Source: Macrostomum hystrix (Eukaryota > Animalia > Platyhelminthes). Taken from it: a DNA stretch of 64,000 bases. A program made the position numbers and the translations under genes. This document shows, piece after piece, positions 10,665 through 23,100 of the stretch. The first letter of the stretch is position 1; each line of letters begins with the position of its first letter. The notes below the pieces were generated by a model. That model was not told where the DNA came from and ran no database searches. It was given only the letters and a program-made list of their open reading frames with translations. The DNA lies in assembly GCA_950097015.1 (NCBI GenBank), contig CATNEN010000034.1:868001-932000 (forward strand), in the 5' to 3' direction.

Positions 10665-13098
10665 TGCGTAGCTAGAATCATAGCCATTAGTACATTCGTA
10701 GCTGTAGCTAGAATCATAGCCATTAGTACATTCGTAGCCGTAGCTTGAATCATAGCCATTAGTACATTCGTAGCTGTAGCTTGAATCATAGCCATTAGTA
10801 CATTCGTAGCTGTAGCTAGAATCATAGCCATTAGTACATTCGTAGCCGTAGCTAGAATCATAGCCATTAGTACATTCGTAGCTGTAGCTAGAATCATAGC
10901 CATTAGTACATTCGTAGCCGTAGCTAGAATCATAGCCATTAGTACATTCTTAGCCGTAGCTAGAATCATAGCCATTAGTACATTCGTAGCCGTAGCTAGA
11001 ATCATAGCCATTAGTACATTCGTAGCTGTAGCTAGAATCATAGCCATTAGTACATTCGTAGCTGTAGCTAGAATCATAGCCATTAGTACATTCGTAGCCG
11101 TAGCTAGAATCATAGCCATTAGTACTCGTACATTCGTAGCTGTAGCTAGAATCATAGCCATTAGTACATTCGTAGCTGTAGCTAGAATCATAGCCATTAG
11201 TACAGTCGTAGCCGTAGCTAGAATCATAGACGTAGCTAGAATTGTAGCCGTAGCTAGAATCGTAACCGTAGCTAGAATCGTAGCCGTAGCTAGAATCATA
11301 AACGTAGCTAGATTCATAGCCGTAGCTCGAATCATAGCCGTAGCTAGAATCATAGCCGTAGCTAGAATCGTAGCCGTAGCAGAATCGTAGCCGTAGCTTG
11401 AATCATAGCCATTAGTACATTCGTAGCTGTAGCTTGAATCATAGCCATTAGTACATTCGTAGCTGTAGCTAGAATCATAGCCATTAGTACATTCGTAGCC
11501 GTAGCTAGAATCATAGCCATTAGTACATTCGTAGCTGTAGCTAGAATCATAGCCATTAGTACATTCGTAGCCGTAGCTAGAATCATAGCCATTAGTACAT
11601 TCTTAGCCGTAGCTAGAATCATAGCCATTAGTACATTCGTAGCCGTAGCTAGAATCATAGCCATTAGTACATTCGTAGCTGTAGCTAGAATCATAGCCAT
11701 TAGTACATTCGTAGCTGTAGCTAGAATCATAGCCATTAGTACATTCGTAGCCGTAGCTAGAATCATAGCCATTAGTACTCGTACATTCGTAGCTGTAGCT
11801 AGAATCATAGCCATTAGTACATTCGTAGCTGTAGCTAGAATCATAGCCATTAGTACAGTCGTAGCCGTAGCTAGAATCATAGACGTAGCTAGAATTGTAG
11901 CCGTAGCTAGAATCGTAACCGTAGCTAGAATCGTAGCCGTAGCTAGAATCATAAACGTAGCTAGATTCATAGCCGTAGCTCGAATCATAGCCGTAGCTAG
12001 AATCATAGCCGTAGCTAGAATCGTAGCCGTAGCAGAATCGTAGCCGTAGCTTGAATCATAGCCATTAGTACATTCGTAGCTGTAGCTTGAATCATAGCCA
12101 TTAGTACATTCGTAGCTGTAGCTTGAATCAAAGCCATTAGTACATTCGTAGCTGTAGCTTGAATCATAGCCATAGCTAGAATCGTAGCCGTAGCTAGAAT
12201 CGAAATCCGAAGCTAGAATCATAGCCGTAGCTAGAATCATAAACGTAGCTAGAATCATTAACGTAGCTAGAATCGTAGCCGTAGTTAGAATTGTAGCCGT
12301 AGCTAGAATCGTAGCCGTAGATAGAATCGTAGCCGTAGCTAGAATCATAACCCTAGCTAGAATCGTAGCCGTAGCTAGAATCGTAGCCGTAGCTAGAATC
12401 GTAGCCGTAGCTAGAATCATAAACGTAGCTAGAATCATAAACGTAGCTAGAATCATAAACGTAGCTAGAATCATAGCCTTAGCTGGAATCATAAACGTAG
12501 TTAGAATCGTATCCGTAGATTGAATCGTAGCCGTAGCTAGAATCGTAGCCGTATCTAGAATCGAAAGCCGTATCTAGAATCGAAAGCCGTAGCTAGAATC
12601 GAAAGCCGTAGCTAGAATCGTAGCCGTATCTAGAATCGAAAGCCGTAGCTAGAATCGTAGCCGTAGCTGGAATCGTAGCCGTATCTAGAATCGAAAGCCG
12701 TAGCTAGAATCGTAGCCGTAGCTGGAATCGTAGCCGTATCTAGAATCGAAAGCCGTAGCTAGAATCGTAGCCGTATCTAGAATCGAAAGCCGTTGCTAGA
12801 ATCGTAGCCGTGGCTAGACCCGTAGCCGTATCTAGAATCGTAGCCGTAGCTAGAATCGTAGCCGTAGCTAGAATCGTAGCCGTAGCTAGAATCGTAGCCG
12901 TAGCTAGAATCGTAGCCGTAGCTAGAATCGTAGCCGTAGCTAGAATCGTAGCCGTAGCTAGAATCGTAGCCGTAGCTAGAATCGTAGCCGTTGCTAGAAT
13001 CGTAGCCGTAGCTAGAATCGTAGCCGTAGCTAGAATCGTAGCCGTTGCTAGAGTCGTAGCCGTTGCTAGAATCGTAGCCGTAGCTAGAATCATGGCCA
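10665..13098 (-). repeat. 18/36-bp array encoding (YGYDSS)n/(YECTNGYDSSYS)n on the minus strand, with a 653-bp internal duplication
   Basis: Units gattctagctacggctac and gattctagctacagctacgaatgtactaatggctat. Landmarks at 11121/11774 and 11381/12034 recur at 653 bp. Confidence 0.9.
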
Positions 13099-13619
13099 CA
13101 CATATTCTCTAGTAACTTACATGGAAGGCTAGTTTTGTAGAAATGGCTAGAACAGAGGCTTAAGACACTGACGGCAGAGTTTGTAGATAGAGGGGATTAT
13201 TGCTGATGGGATTACCGATCGCAATGGGAGTGCTTACTAGGGCTTCCCCGAAAATGAAAAAATGCTAATCAGGGATGCTAATCACACGCCGTGTCCTGTA
13301 GCGTGCAGCATGGGCAGAGTGAGTCGAAAGAGCATACAACAGGAAGCCCTGATCCCCTGTGGGAGTTATTGACACCTCTAGCCCCATCAGCTCAGTGGCT
13401 ATCGACCTCGGCTGACTTTGTTTTGGGGACGCGAACCGGTCTCCGAGAGACAGATTTCACAATTCACACTGTGATAATTTGCTAATTTTAAAAGCCTGGA
13501 TTTGATGAGGCAAAAATGATTTTGCTGGCTTTACAGCCGATCTCCCACTGTCTCCCACTCACAAATCCCTCAAAAGCCCTCACTATCTCACTCCCACACT
13601 CCCTGGCTAGGGCTATTAT

Positions 13620-14346
13620 TTTAGCTACTGCTAGGATCCAAGGTACTGCTAGGATTGTAGCTACTGCTAGGATTATAGCAACGGCTACGATTCTAGCTAC
13701 GGTTATGATTCTAGCTACGGTTATGATTCGAGCTACGGCTACGATTCTAGCTACGGCTACGATTCGAGCTACGGCTAAGATTCTAGCTACGGCTATGATT
13801 CTAGCTACGGCTACGATTCTAGCTACGGCTACGATTCTAGCTACGGCTATGATTCGAGCTACGGCTATGATTCGAGCTATGGCTATTATTCCAGCTACGT
13901 CTATGATTCTACCTTGGGCTATGATTCCAGCTACGGCAATGATTCCAGCTACGGCTATGATTCCAGCTACGGCTATGATTCCAGCTACGGCTATGATTCC
14001 AGCTACGGCTATGATTCTACCTTGGGCTATGATTCCAGCTACGGCAATGATTCGAGCTTGGGCTATGATTCGAGCTTGGGCTACGATTCGAGCTATGGCT
14101 ATGATTCCAGCGACGGCTATGATTCCAGCGACGGCTATGATTCCAGCGACGGCTATGATTCCAGCGACGGCTATGATTCTAGCTACAACTTTTATTCTTA
14201 CTACGGCTACGGATCTAGCTACGGCTACGATTCTAGCTACGGCTACGATACTATTATAGTTACGGTTATGATTCTAGCTGCGGCTATGATTTCAGCCACG
14301 TTTATGATTCCAGCTATGATTATGGTTATGACAGACATCATGGTTA
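13620..14346 (+). repeat. 18-bp array encoding (YGYDSS)n on the plus strand; inverted relative of 10665-13098
   Basis: gattc(t/c/g)agctacgg(c/t)ta(c/t) units, ending ...YDYGYDRHHG-stop in the shifted frame. Confidence 0.9.
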
Positions 14347-14704
14347 AGTGAATTCAAAACTTTGAGGGTTATTTTTTAGGAGAACAATAAACACGGCATA
14401 CCAGGCAAGTTGAACTTCCGGCCAACAAGGGCAAGCAAGAAAAGTTGCGTGCTTGCTGGCTGTTGATGACAACTTTGATTTTATGCCATGTCCCCAGATT
14501 GCCCAAGTTAACATAGCTCACGAAATCAGCCACAGAACAGAAACGAGAGTTTCCATCCGGAAGCAACATTTTTTGTCGGACCTGTTCTGGACTTAGAATC
14601 AACTGCACTGATTTAATTGTTGTTTTGCTCGAGACAACTCTCAGCAGTGTAAAGCAAAGGATGCTTTACACTATGGTCCGAAAAATAGATTATGACAGCT
14701 GATG

Positions 14705-15495
14705 AACTGAAGGACAGGGTGGAGAACAGCTCAAGGACTGGGTGGAGAACAGCTCAAGGACAGGGTGGAGAACAGCTCAAGGACTGGGTGGAGAACAGCT
14801 CAAGGACAGGGTGGAGAACAGCTCAAGGACAGGGTGGAGAACAGCTCAAGGACTGGGTGGAGAACAGCTCAAGGACAGGGTGGAGAACAGCTCAAGGACT
14901 GGGTGGAGAACAGCTCAAGGACAGGGTGGAGAACAGCTCAAGGACTGGGTGGAGAACAGCTCAAGGACAGGGTGGAGAACAGCTCAAGGACAGGGTGGAG
15001 AACAGCTCAAGGACTGGGTGGAGAACAGCTCAAGGACAGGGTGGAGAACAGCTCAAGGACTGGGTGGAGAACAGCTCAAGGACAGGGTGGAGAACAGCTC
15101 AAGGACAGGGTGGAGAACAGCTCAAGGACTGGGTGGAGAACAGCTCAAGGACAGGGTGGAGAACAGCTCAAGGACTGGGTGGAGAACAGCTCAAGGACAG
15201 GGTGGAGAACAGCTCAAGGACTGGGTGGAGAACAGCTCAAGGACAGGGTGGAGAACAGCTCAAGGACTGGGTGGAGAACAGCTCAAGGACAGGGTGGAGA
15301 ACAGCTCAAGGACAGGGTGGAGAACAGCTCAAGGACTGGGTGGAGAACAGCTCAAGGACAGGGTGGAGAACAGCTCAAGGACAGGGTGGAGAACAGCTCA
15401 AGGACAAGGTGGTGAACAGCTCAAGGACAGGGTAGAGAACAGCTCAAGGACAGGGTGGAGAACAGCTCAAGGACAGGGTGGAGAACAGCTCAAGG
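14705..15495 (+). repeat. 23-bp minisatellite (ggac(a/t)gggtggagaacagctcaa), ~34 copies
   Basis: Direct inspection. Confidence 0.97.
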
Positions 15496-16289
15496 AGAAG
15501 GAGATCACCTGCCTTCTCCGGCGAACTTTAAGATTCCATCGGTAAAGACGGTCTCTGACTGCGATGTCTCAAGTTATTGCATACAAATAAACTAAATCGA
15601 AGTTATCCTGTAATCCTGCGTTCCGATCGGTAAGTGCTGCATTCGTGTCTGTCCTTTCGGAGTGCCAGGCCTGTACGGAGTACTGTATCTTACTTAGAAC
15701 TGTGTGATTATATTGATTATTCGTATTATACTTAATAGTACTGTAGGCCGGACATCCCAAACCGACCACAGTCACTACAATAGATTGCTTACTCAGAAAT
15801 CACAATTCATAATTCACTGTTTGCCTCGGTAAAAGAAATGCATGGGCAACCCTATTGGTCTCGAACGGACCCATTTAATTAACAAAGAGCCCGCGAGGAC
15901 ACACCTCAGGCAACGGGTGTCAGGTGACAATGGTGGCGAGTTAGTTACTGACAGGATGCAGATGAAGCTGGTGTAGCTAATCAGGCAGTCGCACGGATAT
16001 TGAGCAACAGGAGATGCATCAACTGGACATCAAAGAGACCGGCCTACAAGACTCGGTCCCTGCCTCACAGCAGTTTTGCGCAGTGAGGAAGAACAGGAAG
16101 AGGGGAAATTTTCCCACCTAATTAGAAATAAAACCGCATCCACTCTCCCGCATTGAATATTTGCCTCGATTTTATCACTTTGAGTCTCAGCTCAAAATGG
16201 GATGTGACTATGGTTACTGACAAACTGGAAGAAAGTTATCTAACCGTCTGAGATCATTGCTTTGGGTAGCCGTGATTGGACAAGCAGAG

Positions 16290-17790
16290 ATGAAGGGATC
16301 CACATGTGTGAGATGAAGGGATTGGGAAACTGGGATTCACTTGTGAGAGATGAAGGGATTGGGAAACTGGGATTCACTTGTGTGAGATGAAGGGATTGGG
16401 AAAGACGGATTCACTTGTGTGAGATGAAGGGATTGGGAAACTGGGATTCACTTGTGTGAGATGAAGGGATTGGGAAAGAGGGATTCACTTGTGTGAGATG
16501 AAGGGATTGGGAAAGACGGATTCACTTGTGTGAGATGAAGGGATTGGGAAACTGGGATCCACTTGTGTGAGATGAAGGGATTGGGAAACTGGGATTCACT
16601 TGTGTGAGATGAAGGGATTGGGAAAGACGGATTCACTTGTGTGAGATGAAGGGATTGGGAAAGAGGGATCCACATGTGTGAGATGAAGGGATTGGGAAAG
16701 AGGGATCCACATGTGTGAGATGAAGGGATTGGGAAAGAGGGATTCACTTGTGTGAGATGAAGGGATTGGGAAACTGGGATTCACTTGTGTGAGATGAAGG
16801 GATTGGGAAACTGGGATTCACTTGTGTGAGATGAAGGGATTGGGAAACTGGGATTCACTTGTGTGAGATGAAGGGATTGGGAAACTGGGATTCACTTGTG
16901 TGAGATGAAGGGATTGGGAAAGAGGGATCCACATGTGTGAGATGAAGGGATTGGGAAAGAGGGATTCACTTGTGTGAGATGAAGGGATTGGGAAAGAGGG
17001 ATTCACTTGTGTGAGATGAAGGGATTGGGAAACTGGGATTCACTTGTGTGAGATGAAGGGATTGGGAAACTGGGATTCACTTGTGTGAGATGAAGGGATT
17101 GGGAAAGAGGGATTCACTTGTGTGAGATGAAGGGATTGGGAAACTGGGATTCACTTGTGTGAGATGAAGGGATTGGGAAACTGGGATTCACTTGTGTGAG
17201 ATGAAGGGATTGGGAAACTGGGATTCACTTGTGTGAGATGAAGGGATTGGGAAACTGGGATTCACTTGTGTGAGATGAAGGGATTGGGAAACTGGGATTC
17301 ACTTGTGTGAGATGAAGGGATTGGGAAACTGGGATTCACTTGTGTGAGATGAAGGGATTGGGAAAGAGGGATTCACTTGTGTGAGATGAAGGGATTGGGA
17401 AACTGGGATTCACTTGTGTGAGATGAAGGGATTGGGAAAGAGGGATTCACTTGTGTGAGATGAAGGGATTGGGAAAGAGGGATTCACTTGTGTGAGATGA
17501 AGGGATTGGGAAACAGGGATTCACTTGTGTGAGATGAAGGGATTGGGAAACTGGGATTTACTTGTGTGAGATGAAGGGATTGGGAAACTGGGATTCACTT
17601 GTGTGAGATGAAGGGATTGGGAAACAGGGATTCACTTGTGTGAGATGAAGGGATTGGGAAAGAGGGATTCACTTGTGTGAGATGAAGGGATTGGGAAAGA
17701 GGGATTCACTTGTGTGAGATGAAGGGATTGGGAAAGAGGGATTCACTTGTGTGAGATGAAGGGATTGGGAAACAGGGATTCATTTGTGAA
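16290..17790 (+). repeat. 37-bp minisatellite (gagatgaagggattgggaaactgggattcacttgtgt), ~40 copies
   Basis: Direct inspection. Confidence 0.97.
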
Positions 17791-18477
17791 ACGATAGAGA
17801 AGCAAGGGTTCAATTGTGTGATCAAGTCGTATGAGGACCATAAAGGCTAAGTCGAGATTAGGGGACTAAGAAGCTGAAGCTGTGTCAGTAGCAAAACAAA
17901 CCAAGAGAGAAATGCAGAGTTGTGCCCAACGGGTGCAGCGGAGTGAGGTTATAAAACTAGTCGTAAGCGAAACTTGTCAATCATTTATTTATTAATTGAA
18001 CTAACTCGTTTAGTTTAGGGCTATCAACTATTAAACGCTTTAGCGACACCCGAGAGTTTTCTTACGTTTCCATCATACTACTGGAAGTACTCGTATAAAG
18101 AACAGGAATTTTTATTGTTGCACTTGTATGCAAAATATTTAAAAACTAAATGCAATCAATAATCAGCATGTTTCAACATCGATAGGACAGGCAGTGGTGC
18201 TTCAGCAATGCTAGAAACTCAATGCTACAAATTCATATATGTACTTCAGTATTTTTATTCGTTTATCACAAAATACTAAGACTGAATTGTTCCAAACGCA
18301 CTAAGGGAACACAGAACAAGACGGGGATCTTATGATACATTAGATCAATAAATTAATCAGTTAGACGGGCTTGGAGACAAGGAGCAGCAGGATAAATAAA
18401 GGAGTGCATGCAGGTACCAGTTAGTGAAGCTATATAGGAAACAAATGCCTAGACAGGGAATAGAGACTCCATTATCG

Positions 18478-18945
18478 GAAAAGAAGGGACTGGGAAGCAG
18501 TGATTTCATAATCAGAAAAGAAGGGATTGGGAAGCAGTGATTTCATAATCAGAAAAGAAGGGATTGGGAAGCAGTGATTTGATAATCAGAAAAGAAGGGA
18601 TTGGGAAGCAGTGATTTGATAATCAGAAAAGAAGGGATTGGGAAGCAGTGATTTGATAATCGGAAAAGAAGGGACTGGGAAGCAGTGATTTGATAATCAG
18701 AAAAGAAGGGATTGGGAAGCAGTGATTTGATAATCAGAAAAGAAGGGACTGGGAAGCAGTGATTTGATAATCAGAAAAGAAGGGATTGGGAAGCAGTGAT
18801 TTGATAATCAGAAAAGAAGGGATTGGGAAGCGGTGATTTGATAATCAGAAAAGAAGGGATTGGGAAGCAGTGATTTGATAATCAGAAAAGAAGGGACTGG
18901 GAAGCAGTGATTTGATAATCAGAAAAGAAGGGATTGGGAAGCAGG
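18478..18945 (+). repeat. 37-bp minisatellite (cagaaaagaagggattgggaagcagtgatttgataat), ~12 copies
   Basis: Direct inspection. Confidence 0.95.
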
Positions 18946-19429
18946 TTTTATATAATCCGATTACGACATAAACATATTTGGGGTGAAACAAGCTCTACAA
19001 ACACATACTGCTATAACATGCAAAAGCTGAAAACAAATACAAACAAAATGTTTTACTAATAGCTAATTTAATAAAATGAGAACAAAGAATCGGTTAGAAT
19101 AAGTAACAAAAAAAAACAAATATTTCAAATGAAATTTAACAGACAGCTCACAGAGCCGATTGAAACAGGCCACAGGCCACTTCCTGGCTGCATGGATACT
19201 ACTTGCAACATTTATAGCGACTGTGTAACTCTTGACAAGAACAACAATAAAATATTGCACAACTTAAGAAAACAGTATAAGAACAGTAGTTAAAAGACCT
19301 GACACACAAGCATTCAGGCTTTGCAAATATTTTGTGCCTGTTTGTGAGTGTGCATGAACTCTTCACTGAAGGCAGCAAAACAGAGAGGCCAAAATTGTAT
19401 TGCATGTACAGCCAAACCTCCCACTCTCC

Positions 19430-19503
19430 GTCTATCTGTCTGTCTATCTATCTATCTATCTACCTATCTACCTATCTATCTATCTATCTATCATCTATCT
19501 ATT
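19430..19503 (+). repeat. (TCTA)n / GATA microsatellite
   Basis: ctatctatctatctatctacctatc... Confidence 0.9.
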
Positions 19504-20135
19504 AGCGGGATAGCCAGTCAGCCTGAAGTCCCAGGAAAGTCATAGGAAAATGGGAGGTTTGTCTCACCAGAATCTGCATTCAAAGACTTCAATGACTAAT
19601 GCAACACGTTGATTACAAGGACAGTCAGGAAAGCAGACACAATGAGAAAATAAATAGGGGATTTTAGGGTTAGGGGATTCGCAGTTAGGGAGGGATTTTT
19701 TAACCCTGAGAAGGGACGAAAGAACAAATAAACCCAGTGTGGAGTAATAAAGACAGAGAGCAACAGTTTAAATAAACAAAACAAACATTATCAAGCAAAG
19801 TGCGAACAGAGTGAACGAACGAAAGGAACAGTTGTCATTATCATCACTATTAAATGGGATTTTTTCGTTACCATAGTAATATATCTCTTTTATAAAATGT
19901 CTATTTTAGCTAAAAGTTTAGACTTATTTTAATTACAGCTTTAACAGGCAAGAATGCGATGGCGCTGAGCACATGCGAATGAAAAGAACCCGCCCAGGAT
20001 CACCCAGAAGCTCGTTTTCAAAAAGCGCCTACAAAAAAACAAGGAGGACAACAACAACAGACTAGAAAAAAAAACAGAACGCCAAGCGAACAATAAAAAC
20101 TAAATTGACAAATCGGAATCGAACGCACAATACCG

Positions 20136-23100
20136 TCAGCTAGCCTGAGTCACTTCCCGCACTAGAGGATTAAGCGACTCAACTGACAACAGCTTGGTGA
20201 AGTCGGTCATCTTGCTCTCCACTGTGCGCATGTCAACAAAGGTGAGTAGCAGGCGCGGATAGGCTCGCATGGCCTCGGCGACTCCGTATTTGAAGGCCAG
20301 GTATTTTTTGAGCAGCATTGAGTAGGCGGACTGGGCGGCGTCGATTGGGCCGCGAACTGACGCCGGCATGGTGTCCGAGTTGAATAGCTTCAGGGCCAGC
20401 ATCAGCATCTTCACCAAATCGTCTTGGCAGCTAAGCCGGTCCAATTGGTCAAAAACGTTCTCAGCGTTGGCACGATACTGCTCAAGATCGGCAACGGTCA
20501 ATTCGCTGGCCTCTGGCCTGGCGCAGATGATGGCGGAGACAGCGGCTGCCAGCTCCTGCATCAGGGAGACACCACTGGCTGCCGCGGGTTTGCAGAAGAA
20601 CGACCAGTAGAGTATTACCAGGCCGTAGATGTTCACCTGAGGGTGATTGGGTGGCGGGGGAAACTAATTGCTTTGAGGAGAGCACGAATAACACATAGGA
20701 AGCACATCTTAGGGATATGGGGAAAGGGGAAGATATCTCTGAAAATGCAAAACACAAATCTTGCGAATTAGGTAAAATAATAGATTACACCTGCCTCAAT
20801 TGGGTCAGATGTGCAGCCCACAGCACAGCCGCAGCAATTGCGCGGCGCATCTGAACGCTGCGTACGGCTGTTCAGTCCATGGACTGGGGGGACGCCACAC
20901 TAACCCTCAATTACCCCGGCTAAGCTTGAAACAGCTGGTTGAACTGAGTGCGGAAATGGAGAATTGAGTGCTTTGCTAATTGACACAAAACTTTCCATTG
21001 GAGTCGGAAATCGAATCCCCGACATTTAAAACGTGAGTCCGACCCTCAAACTATTAGGCTACAACGAGGAAACATATGAGGACTGAGGATGAAATGAAAA
21101 TTTGCTCACCTTCAGCATGAGTATCTGGGAGTCCTTCTCAACCTCTGAGAAGTTCGGTATTAGCTTCACGACTGAGATGATGCGCCTAATGCAGGCGTCC
21201 ATCTGGTTGAAGGCCTGCTCAAGGCGGCCGACGCCGCCATCGGCGACGCCTCGGTCTAGCAGGCCGCACTCCTCGGCGGCCAGAGCTTCTCGAACCCGAC
21301 TGACGGCCTCCTCGAGGCTGGCGAGGCAGTCCTGGTCCGGTCCGGTCAGTTGCGTCTCCCAGCGACGGCCGGCGCCGACGCCAACAGCCCAGGCGGCCGC
21401 CAGCTCAGATAGCGGCGGCTGGTCTGCCACGCATGCGCCTGCTGCTGAAGACGACGATGGCGACGGGTCCAAATCAACGACTGAAGCGGAGGCGCCATTC
21501 GGAGCTCTCTGGGACTGATAGTTCTGCTGCTGCTGCTGCCGATGGCGCTGCACTGAGCGTCGCTGGCCTAAGAGTGACAATATGCTCTGATTTTCTTACT
21601 CATCAACATCATTTTAAGAGGCTTTAAACAATTACGAGTATACGAGACTTTCAAGTGATTCTGTAGCGAGAAAGGGCGACTCTGCTAGGATTAAGGGCGA
21701 ATTCTATTAGGCTTAAGGGGCCTTTCTATAGGATTAAGGACCATTCTATTAGGATTAAGAGGCCATTCTATTAGGATTAAGAGGCCATTCTCATAGGATT
21801 AAGGGGCCGTTTTCGTTAGATTAAGGGGCCATTCTCGTAGGACAAAGGGGCCATTCTCGTAGGACAAAGGGGCCATTCTCGTAGGACAAAGGGGCCATTC
21901 TCGTAGGATTAAGGGTTCCATTTTCGTAGGACTAAGGGGCCATTCTCGTAGGATTAGGGGCCATTCTCGTAGGATTAAGGGGCCATTCTCTTAGGACTAC
22001 GTGGCCATTCTCGTAGGATAAAGGGGCCATTCTCGTAGGATTAAGGGGACATTCTCGTAGGATTAAGGGGACATTCTCGTAGGATTAAGGGGCGAATTGT
22101 GGTATGATTAAGGGGCCATTCTCGTAGGATTAGGGGCCATTCTCGTAGGATTAAGGGGCAATTGTGGTATGATTAAGGGGCCATTCTCGTAGGATTAAAA
22201 AGAGCCATTCTCGTTGGATTAAGGGGCCATTCTCGTTGGATTAAGGGGCCATTCTCGTATGATTAAGGGGCGATTCAAGCTGGATTAGAGGCCATTCTCG
22301 TTGGATTATGGGCGATTCTAGTAAGATTAAGAGGCCATTCTCGAAGGATTAAGGGGCCATTCGCAAAATACGCTCGCATATGTACGGGATAGCATGGGAT
22401 ATAACTAGTGCGTTTCACCGTGGGATTCCATGCGATCCTGCTGCATGAATGATTGATTGTTCTGTTAACCGAGTAAAAATATTTATTCTTCTTCGTATCC
22501 CGAAAGACGCGGCAGACGAATAACTTTTTTTCTCTCTATTTCCTATTTTCCAGCCGGCAGCAAGTAAATTCGAACGGGCATTGCAATAATTGGAGGCTGC
22601 AATTTGTCTGCGAGGAACGATTTGCACCTGCGACATTATTTATAAATAAGCCCGTGCTTAAAGCCCTATTTAACAAAGCATGGATTGGCTAAACTAGCAT
22701 TCATAGCTCAGTCAACATGTTTCAGTCGGCGAAAATAAAAACCTGTATAAAAAAGTTAGGTACAAATCCACACTGATATTCGAAAATGGATAGGTAAAAT
22801 TAGACTTCTATAGTAGAATTTGAGTAGATGGGTATCTTTTGGACTTCTATGGTAGGATTTGAGTAGATGGGGATCTTTTGGACTTCTATGGTAGGATTTG
22901 AGTTGATGGGGATTTTTTGGACTTTTATGGTAGAATTTGAGTTGATGGGGATCTTTTGGACTTTTATGGTAGGATTTGAGTTGATGGGTATCTTTTGGAC
23001 TTATTTGGTAGGATTTGAGTAGATGGGTATCTTTTGGACTTATTTGGTAGGATTTGAGTTGATGGGTATCTTTTGGACTTATTTGGTAGGATTTGAGTAG

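Noticed and set aside
10520-14259. ILATAT/MILATA ORFs as the real product of the 18-bp arrays
   Set aside because: Unit variation is non-synonymous in this frame and synonymous in the YGYDSS frame.
14695-14730. Hammerhead ribozyme core (ctgatga)
   Set aside because: No GAAA partner or stems I-III found; other CTGATGA hits lie in coding exons or lack the partner motif.
14692-15545. Three overlapping ~250-aa ORFs
   Set aside because: 23-bp unit without stop codons; the same periodic peptide appears in all three frames.
19655-19710. Telomeric TTAGGG remnant
   Set aside because: Only one or two imperfect units; compatible with chance.
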